Position numbers and translations under genes: made by a program. This document shows, piece by piece, positions 57,468 to 64,000 of a stretch of 64,000 bases of DNA; position 1 is the stretch's first letter, and each line of letters opens with the position of its first letter. Origin of the DNA: Candidatus Binatia bacterium (lineage in GTDB: Bacteria > Desulfobacterota > Binatia > HRBIN30); contig JBBRSP010000025.1 in the NCBI GenBank assembly GCA_038245295.1, positions 1 through 64,000 of the forward strand, given 5' to 3'. Under the pieces are notes generated by a model. That model saw only the letters and a list, made by a program, of their open reading frames with translations, ran no database searches and was not told the origin of the DNA.

Positions 57468-58034
57468 TCAGCCGCCTTTTGTCTGAGATCGTACCTGGAG
57501 TCGGGCTCGCGTCATACGCTCGCGCAGGCCACCTTCTTCCAGGAAGGCTCTTTCGAGTTGCCTGATCTGCCGATCCAGCAGGTAATTTGCCTGGTGGATC
57601 AGGCAGATGATGATGTTGGCGGCGACTTCTGGCGGACGCGTTTCGATCAACCGGCGATAGGTCTCATAGGTCATATCGGACCCGTGGGATCTATCTAGCC
57701 GCCGCACATACAATGCCTCCCGGCTGTTCTTGTCCCAGGCCTTCACCCGGCGTACCCTGAGGAAGTCCTCGTAGTCCTCCAGCAGTTCTTCGAGACTGGC
57801 GCGAGCCACGTTCATGAGCTTGATTTCCATCTCCTTGGAAGTGCCAGACGCCTTGCTGCCTTCGACGATGTTTTGCTTCCCCGATCGCGCTGCCTGCACC
57901 ATTTGATCGTAGGTGCGGTCGCGCTTCTCGACGCAGCGGCGACAGAAATAGACGGTCGCATCGAAGACGATTCGGGACTTTTGATACGACAGTAGTTTCT
58001 TGTAGCCGCCATGCTTCGGGATGAAGCCGTTCAT
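57468..58034 (-). CDS. Four-helix-bundle protein with suffix domain
   Basis: GGYKKL, QMVQAARSGKQNIVEG, ARASLEELLEDYEDFL and EEGGLRERM motifs; flanked by nonamer repeats. Confidence 0.88.
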   Translation of the reverse strand: MNGFIPKHGGYKKLLSYQKSRIVFDATVYFCRRCVEKRDRTYDQMVQAARSGKQNIVEGSKASGTSKEMEIKLMNVARASLEELLEDYEDFLRVRRVKAWDKNSREALYVRRLDRSHGSDMTYETYRRLIETRPPEVAANIIICLIHQANYLLDRQIRQLERAFLEEGGLRERMTRARLQVRSQTKGG

Positions 58035-58172
58035 TCTAAGGAGACAGCGCAAGAAGCGCGCCACCGAAGAACCACTGAGGCGGTTTGGCAAACGGCAGAG
58101 GCAAGTACTCAGAGTGAGCGCAGGGGCGCCTCAGAGTGAATGACTGCATAGGACCTACAGGCCACATAGGTC

Positions 58173-58799
58173 TCATGGGAGGCGATTGAATGTCACGTGG
58201 GCCGCAAACATCTCGCCCGGCGCCAGATACACGCCGCGAATCGCCTCCTGCGCCCCTTCGGTTTCATTGCGGCCTTCGCTGAAGGAATCGATCGTCGCAT
58301 CCTGTGCGAGCAGCGCCAGGGTCACGTCATGCTTGCCGTCGCGCGTGCGGTCGGCGAAGTCGAGCTTGTAGTCCTGTGCCGGCGCCAGGCTTGCTTCGAG
58401 TACGAGATCGATGCCCACCGGCACTGAGTCGCGCGTGTTGCCTTCCAGGCCGTCGGCTGTCCTGGCGGTGATGGCCCACACCACGGGTGAGCCGTTGACC
58501 GTCAGCTTGATACCGTGTTGCGCTTCGTTGGCGAGGTACTTCTCGAGCTGTGCGATCTCATCGCCGGCGATGTGATGATCGGCGTTGCTGTCGAAGCGGT
58601 CGCGGATGGTCACCGACTCGTCGCCGGGATCGAAGTCGAGACGGACTGCCAGGGTCACCTTCCCGGGGCGAATGCTCAACGTATCCCGCTTCGGATAGTG
58701 GAGCCCGTGGGCCCATACACCCGAAGCGAATAGTAGAGACGAAAGGGACAGGGCAGCTCCCCTCAGGAGGCTGCCCTGCCAGCGGCGAGGTCGCATCAC
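58173..58799 (-). CDS. Secreted hypothetical protein
   Basis: Signal peptide VWA-H; EF-hand-like DSNADHHIAGDE; overlaps the stop of the upstream giant gene. Confidence 0.65.
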   Translation of the reverse strand: MMRPRRWQGSLLRGAALSLSSLLFASGVWAHGLHYPKRDTLSIRPGKVTLAVRLDFDPGDESVTIRDRFDSNADHHIAGDEIAQLEKYLANEAQHGIKLTVNGSPVVWAITARTADGLEGNTRDSVPVGIDLVLEASLAPAQDYKLDFADRTRDGKHDVTLALLAQDATIDSFSEGRNETEGAQEAIRGVYLAPGEMFAAHVTFNRLP

Positions 58800-61700
58800 G
58801 GCTCCCGATCAGTGAAGGTCGGGAAGACATCCTTCTTGAATGGCAGGCCGAACTGCGACTCCCAGCATTCCGGCCCACTGCCGGGGTTCTTGAGGACCTG
58901 TACCCGCAGCGAAGTGGGCGCCAGCGGCACGGTGGGCACCTGCAGGGACGAGCCTTTACCGCTGACTTGGATCTTGGCATTGCCTGCACCGGCGGCGAGC
59001 TTCAGCTTGACGATCCCGTCGGTGTTGCCCGTGCGGTTGCTGTAGCGGAAACCTGTCTTCGTCGGCTTCCAGAAGGCGCCTGCCAGCACCTGCGGCTGCA
59101 TGATCAGAGAGCCGTCCTTGTACACGCAGATGGTGAAGTTCGTCAGCCGCGTAATCGGATTGCCGAAGGGCTCGGCCGCGGTGGTGCCCTTCGTCCACTT
59201 GAACGTGAATTGGTTCTTCGTCGCGACACCGGTGTTCTTGATGAGCACCGACTGCGCAGCGGGTGTGGCGCAGCCGCTCACTGGCGTCGCAGCGCAGATG
59301 GATACCGCGGGGGTGAGCGTCGGTGACGCGGTTCGCGTCTGCGTATGCGTCGGTGTCGCTGTCGCAGTGACGGTTACTGTCCGCGTCGCGGTTGGCGGCA
59401 GGGTGGCACTCACTGTCGGTGTCGCCGTGCCAGTCGGTGTAGGCGTCGAGGTCGGTGTCGAGGTCGGTGTCGACGATGTCGTGGCAGTCAGAGTGGGCGT
59501 CGCCGGCAGCGTGGGCGTGATGGTCGGTGTGCTGCTCGGCGTCGGTGTCGGCGTGCTGCCCGCGTCGATGATGTCGACGCGTTGTCGCGGCATCAACTGA
59601 TAGAAGCCATTGTAGGGGGCGGAGAAGTTGAACTGGCCAACCGCCGCGATCAGATCGAAGGGTTGCGTCGGCGCCGTCGACCCGTCGATGTCGGTGTCCG
59701 CATCGATACGCATGGTAATCGTCTGCGAGCCTGAGCCGTCCTTGATGGTGATGTTGGCGTTGCTACCGGCAGCCGGCCAGGTTCCGGCGGTGATGGTGAC
59801 GCCGCTCAGGCGAACCAACATGCCCTCCCACTGCTCGGCATTATTTGGATCGCGCAGTTGAGCCACGGTGAGAGGAATCGGCGTCGGTGCCGGCCCACCG
59901 TGATTCAGCACAGTGACTGAGACGCCGGCGAGCTCGCTCAGACCGCTGAAGAACGTCATCGTGCCCGTCACCTCGATCTGATCGCCTAGCTCGAGGACCG
60001 GGTTGATCAGACTGCTCTGGAAAATCACCAGGCCACCCGAACGCTTCGGCGAGCTCAGCGTATCGAGGCTGGCATCCTGGAAGTAGACCAGATTGTTGCG
60101 GTGATCGAAGGTATACGAAGGTACGGTAACGGTACCACGCACGGTAACGACCTGATTGAGGTTGTCGGGAGAGTAGTCGGCCAGCACGCCGCGGACGGAA
60201 GAAATATGCTGGACGACGACACCCGGAGTGCCCGGGGCGTCGAATTGTGAGTTACCGTTGAAGTCGACGAATACGGCGTTGGTGTGGGCGTATGGACAGA
60301 CAGGATCGGTTCCATATTGGGGCGGGATCACCGGATCCATGCGCCCGGGGCAACCGGCCGTCAGGCAGTTGTTCGAAGCGTCGGTGTCACAGGCACCGCC
60401 CTTCACCTCGACGGCAATCCAACTGTCCTTGGTAAGCGTGACCGGATACGTGGCGTTCAGGCGATCGACCGTACCGGTGTTCGGGACGGTGATCGTCTGG
60501 ACCGTCTTGCCGTTGACCACGAGGTTGAACGTATCGACGGTGATCCAGGTTGGCGCTTGAATGTGAATCGCTGCCGTTACCGTGCCACTGCCATCCGTAA
60601 ACTGATCACCAACGGCGTGCCCATTGACCGTGAGCTCGACGAACGGACCGTTCGTGAAGAACGAGTGCTGACCCTTGAGGGCGGACTTGAACCCAGCCTC
60701 ACTGAGCGCCGACGGGGTGTCGGTGCCGAGGGCGATGAAGTTACGCGGGTAGCCGATCTCCTGCGAGAAGACGGTGTGAGTATCCGTGTTGCCGACACCG
60801 GTGACCTTCTGGCCCTTGTTCATCAGGTTGTACCAATCGTTGAGAACGGTCGGGACCTGATACAGGCGTTTGCCGTTGAATACTTCGACCGCGTCGAAGT
60901 CGGACGAGAAGTTTGGATTCGGCGAAGTGCCCGATAGCGGGTTGAGCGAGGTGAGATCGAAGTATCCCAGGCCGCCGGCACGCGGGTGATTCACCTCGAC
61001 CACGGGGTTGCGAGGGTCGCTGCGCAGGGCGGAGAAGATCTGCCCCGGCGTCAGACCGGTGTGATCGAGTGCGCCGTTGCGTGGAAGCGCGGTGTTTACC
61101 GTGAGTGGGAAGGCGTTGAAGTGGCCCCATTCGTTCGTGGTCACTTCATCACCCGGCAGTGTCGTCACCCAGGAGGAGAGGCCGGTCGAGGTAATGGCCG
61201 ATTGCATATCAGAGTGGAAGTCGTGATCGGTCGGCACAACGATTTCCAACCCTTCGCAGGCGGCTTCCTGGGCGCGCGTTTCGAAGGTAATCCCGGAGTC
61301 GGCCGAGTTGAGGGCATGGACATGCATGTCGGAGGACAGGTAACCGGTCGAGTCGACGACGCGATGGAGGGTGGCGTTGACCGTCGCCGTGTTGCCCGCG
61401 GTGACTGTCACGTTCTGCGTCGTGACATCGTACTCAATGCCACGCGACACCCAGACCTGGTAGGTCCCTGGCGGCACCGCCGTAGAGCCTGTGCCGCTCG
61501 GTGACAGGATGGCATAGCCACCGACCAGCGTGTGGTAATCGCCGAGCTCAGGGCCTTCAAATTTGGCTGTCAGAGGATAGTACAGAATGGAAACCTTGGC
61601 GGGAATCGGCTGCGCCGCGGTATCAGTTGCGTTCCAGGCAATGAAGCCCTGTTGGCCGAGTGCCTGATTGAGCGTTACCGTCCCACCGGCGCCGACGCTG

Positions 61701-64000
61701 ACCGAGAGGCACGACGACTTCACGCGCCCGACCGCTTCGATCAACACCTTGTACGAGCCGGGCTCGAGATTGGCCGAGAACTGGCCCGCAGCGTCGGACG
61801 TCGCCACGGTGTAGGAGACGGCCCCGCTCGTACCGAGACATTGGGTCTTCGTGATCGAGATCGTTGCGTTCGAGATCGGCGCCAGGCTGCCGGTTTCGGA
61901 GATGGTTCCGACGAGAGCTCCCGTAGATGTTCCGCGGATTGCGAAGGCGGTGTCCGATACCGAAGACAGCGAGCCGCCACCGATGAGGAAGTAGCGGGTA
62001 TACGCACCGCTACCACCACCGGCTGCAATATCCAGATAGGCGTCGTTGGCATCGGACCACGACGAGCCGTTCGACATTTCGAGCGTACTGCTGAGCTTGG
62101 TGTAGCCGTACGAGGAGCCCTGCCCGTCGCCCCCCACCCAGGGAGCGTTCAGAGTAACGCCGCCGATGTCGTGTCCGTCGCCGGCGATGTTGCGATTGTT
62201 GTTGTTCCAGCCCGGAGCGAAGTGGGTCGTGAGACCCCACTGGATCGCATCACCCACCTGCATCTGATGGATGAGGCCGGCACCATTGTTCGTGAACTGC
62301 GTGCTGATCGTCACGAAGCGATCGTACGGCCCGAGCGCATAATCAGTCGTGATGAGCAGACTCGGATCGGTCGAGTCGACGCCGGTGACGCGGATCAGAG
62401 CCGTATTGGAACCGCCTCCCGGGTTGATCACGTTGATCGAGCTGTACAGCGCCTGTTGCCCGAAGGTGTTGTTGAAGTAGGTGAACAACGACGCGAAGCG
62501 GTCCTCGCCGGTCGCGGTTGCCGCGTCGATGATGTTGCCGCCCGTCTCGGCAAACCCGTGGGCGTTGGGGATGTCATCGATCACGGCGCGCACGAAGCCG
62601 TTCTGTAGGAGGTAGTCTCCGACCTGGCCTTGCGCGCTGATTCCAGGAATCAGCTGGGCAGAGCTGCTGATCTTCGCCGCTGCCGCCGTTTGCACCGCCG
62701 TCGGCGAGGGGGACGGCGTCTGCGTCACGCTCGGTGTCGTGGTCTTTGTCGCGGTCGGTGTGGCGGGTACCGCGGTTTGCGTCGGTGTCGCCGTTGCAAC
62801 ATTCGACGTGATGGTGGGTGTGGACGTCACCCCCGCCGGAAGATCAGTGGCCGTTGGGGAGGCCGTTGGGGTAGGAGTTGACGCCGATGGCGCAACCGGC
62901 GCGAGAGCGACGCCGCGGAAAGCTTTGTTGGTGGAAGCCGTGGCCAGATCGGTCACAGTCGTCGTGCTCGGCGCGGCGTTGTAACCCGCCGCGTCGGTGA
63001 CCGTGGCGAGCTTCGATGCGGACGAATACGTGACGTAGAGGGTGACCGTCGACGAGCTCGCCGTGGCAGTCAGGCCACGTGCGCTCGTCGCGGTGATCGA
63101 GCCGTTTGATGTCCAGCTCGAACCGACAAGTGAATACTTGAGAATCGCCCCGGCGGTTTCGTCGGCGAAGTAAAGCGTATCGACACCGGCAACCCCGGCA
63201 TCCAGATCGGCCAGGAAGAAGGCATTGGGCGCCGCCGTCGTGGGGAAACCAGGAAGGTTCGTGATCGTCTGGCCACTGGTCGTAGGAAGTCCCGAGCCGA
63301 CGGTACCGACGCGGACCGACGTACCCGACTGCGTCGAGGTGTACAGCTGGCCGTCATAGATCTCGACCGCTCGCATGTTGCTGACCGTGGTCGAAAGTTG
63401 CGTCGAGGTGGTCGCGCCGAGCGTCGTGTAGCGAACCCCTCCGGCGCCGCCGCTCATCCAGAGATCGGTTCCGTTCGTCGACGCCACGCCACGCGGGCTG
63501 GAGCCGCTGGCGGCATCCGTAAGCGCGGTTGTGGTATCGAGCGTCGCGCTCGATCCGATGCCGCCGATCACGCGGTTGACGCTCGCTGACGTGGTCCCGG
63601 AGAGAGACGCGGTGCCCAACGCCGCGTCGTAGCCGGCGAGTACCAAAGAAATGCCGTCGACGGTGCGCGTGAGCTGCCCCTCCGTCGTCGAGTTGCCGGT
63701 CGCAACCAGCCGCCGGTTGGCACCCGTCGTCGTGGTCGGCATGGATATACTCTGCACGAGGGCGCCCGCGGGCGTGTACTCATCCAGGAAGACGGCGGTG
63801 GCGGCCGACGAGAGCGCCGCCGAGCCGTCGCCGACCCGATAGATCACGAGGTTACCCGGAGTGAACGCCGCTGGCCCCGCTGGAGCCGTTGGGGTGGCTG
63901 TGGCGGTCGCGATAGCCGTATTGGTTGCCGTGACGGTGGCGGTGTCCACCGGCGTCGCCGTCGTCGTGTCCACCGCTGTGGCGGTCGCGGTATTCACCGG
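58796..64000 (-). CDS. Large multidomain surface protein with CehA/McbA-like PHP metallohydrolase and OB-fold-like region (5' end outside the window)
   Basis: DMHVH, TDHD, GHFN, NHPR and NTDTH motifs; VTVRGTVT...YFQD...GDQIEVTG...WEGMLV; T/P linkers; open for more than 1700 codons. Confidence 0.85.
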   Translation of the reverse strand, partial: PVNTATATAVDTTTATPVDTATVTATNTAIATATATPTAPAGPAAFTPGNLVIYRVGDGSAALSSAATAVFLDEYTPAGALVQSISMPTTTTGANRRLVATGNSTTEGQLTRTVDGISLVLAGYDAALGTASLSGTTSASVNRVIGGIGSSATLDTTTALTDAASGSSPRGVASTNGTDLWMSGGAGGVRYTTLGATTSTQLSTTVSNMRAVEIYDGQLYTSTQSGTSVRVGTVGSGLPTTSGQTITNLPGFPTTAAPNAFFLADLDAGVAGVDTLYFADETAGAILKYSLVGSSWTSNGSITATSARGLTATASSSTVTLYVTYSSASKLATVTDAAGYNAAPSTTTVTDLATASTNKAFRGVALAPVAPSASTPTPTASPTATDLPAGVTSTPTITSNVATATPTQTAVPATPTATKTTTPSVTQTPSPSPTAVQTAAAAKISSSAQLIPGISAQGQVGDYLLQNGFVRAVIDDIPNAHGFAETGGNIIDAATATGEDRFASLFTYFNNTFGQQALYSSINVINPGGGSNTALIRVTGVDSTDPSLLITTDYALGPYDRFVTISTQFTNNGAGLIHQMQVGDAIQWGLTTHFAPGWNNNNRNIAGDGHDIGGVTLNAPWVGGDGQGSSYGYTKLSSTLEMSNGSSWSDANDAYLDIAAGGGSGAYTRYFLIGGGSLSSVSDTAFAIRGTSTGALVGTISETGSLAPISNATISITKTQCLGTSGAVSYTVATSDAAGQFSANLEPGSYKVLIEAVGRVKSSCLSVSVGAGGTVTLNQALGQQGFIAWNATDTAAQPIPAKVSILYYPLTAKFEGPELGDYHTLVGGYAILSPSGTGSTAVPPGTYQVWVSRGIEYDVTTQNVTVTAGNTATVNATLHRVVDSTGYLSSDMHVHALNSADSGITFETRAQEAACEGLEIVVPTDHDFHSDMQSAITSTGLSSWVTTLPGDEVTTNEWGHFNAFPLTVNTALPRNGALDHTGLTPGQIFSALRSDPRNPVVEVNHPRAGGLGYFDLTSLNPLSGTSPNPNFSSDFDAVEVFNGKRLYQVPTVLNDWYNLMNKGQKVTGVGNTDTHTVFSQEIGYPRNFIALGTDTPSALSEAGFKSALKGQHSFFTNGPFVELTVNGHAVGDQFTDGSGTVTAAIHIQAPTWITVDTFNLVVNGKTVQTITVPNTGTVDRLNATYPVTLTKDSWIAVEVKGGACDTDASNNCLTAGCPGRMDPVIPPQYGTDPVCPYAHTNAVFVDFNGNSQFDAPGTPGVVVQHISSVRGVLADYSPDNLNQVVTVRGTVTVPSYTFDHRNNLVYFQDASLDTLSSPKRSGGLVIFQSSLINPVLELGDQIEVTGTMTFFSGLSELAGVSVTVLNHGGPAPTPIPLTVAQLRDPNNAEQWEGMLVRLSGVTITAGTWPAAGSNANITIKDGSGSQTITMRIDADTDIDGSTAPTQPFDLIAAVGQFNFSAPYNGFYQLMPRQRVDIIDAGSTPTPTPSSTPTITPTLPATPTLTATTSSTPTSTPTSTPTPTGTATPTVSATLPPTATRTVTVTATATPTHTQTRTASPTLTPAVSICAATPVSGCATPAAQSVLIKNTGVATKNQFTFKWTKGTTAAEPFGNPITRLTNFTICVYKDGSLIMQPQVLAGAFWKPTKTGFRYSNRTGNTDGIVKLKLAAGAGNAKIQVSGKGSSLQVPTVPLAPTSLRVQVLKNPGSGPECWESQFGLPFKKDVFPTFTDREP

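Overview
High-GC bacterial window with about 48 protein-coding genes. I saw no rRNA, tRNA, CRISPR array or transposase. Several secreted proteins carry 'C-x-GDC-x-G-D/S-G-x-VTV/IDE' dockerin-like modules with Thr/Pro linkers, a style that suggests Candidatus Binatia (Binatota); this is an inference. The left part (1-20.7 kb) is mixed housekeeping: Cys-rich secreted proteins, pyk, a JAB-DinG helicase, a Tat-exported aminotransferase, an ABC exporter, a D-aminoacylase, a cupin-adenylate cyclase, MAPEG, murI and GST. From about 20.9 to 57.4 kb the window reads as a phosphate-starvation region. (i) A polyphosphate cluster: ppx/gppA, two tandem thymidylate-kinase-like genes, CHAD and sixA. (ii) A TonB-dependent receptor locus with a beta-helix protein and three secreted proteins sharing an unannotated, possibly cohesin-like C-terminal domain, plus dockerin-like partners. 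(iii) A phosphoesterase lipoprotein, a PEMT-like methyltransferase and a GlpT-like MFS carrier. (iv) An operon for a class III aminotransferase, a PHP-glycosyltransferase fusion, a PSD-like decarboxylase and a His-rich membrane protein. Degenerate 11-bp-periodic Pho-box-like repeats lie correctly oriented upstream of most of these units. The two best candidates for undescribed systems are a Pho-regulated phosphorus-free lipid pathway and a cohesin/dockerin-like surface complex tied to a TonB receptor. Several families of REP/MITE-like palindromes and short tandem repeats fill the intergenic spaces.
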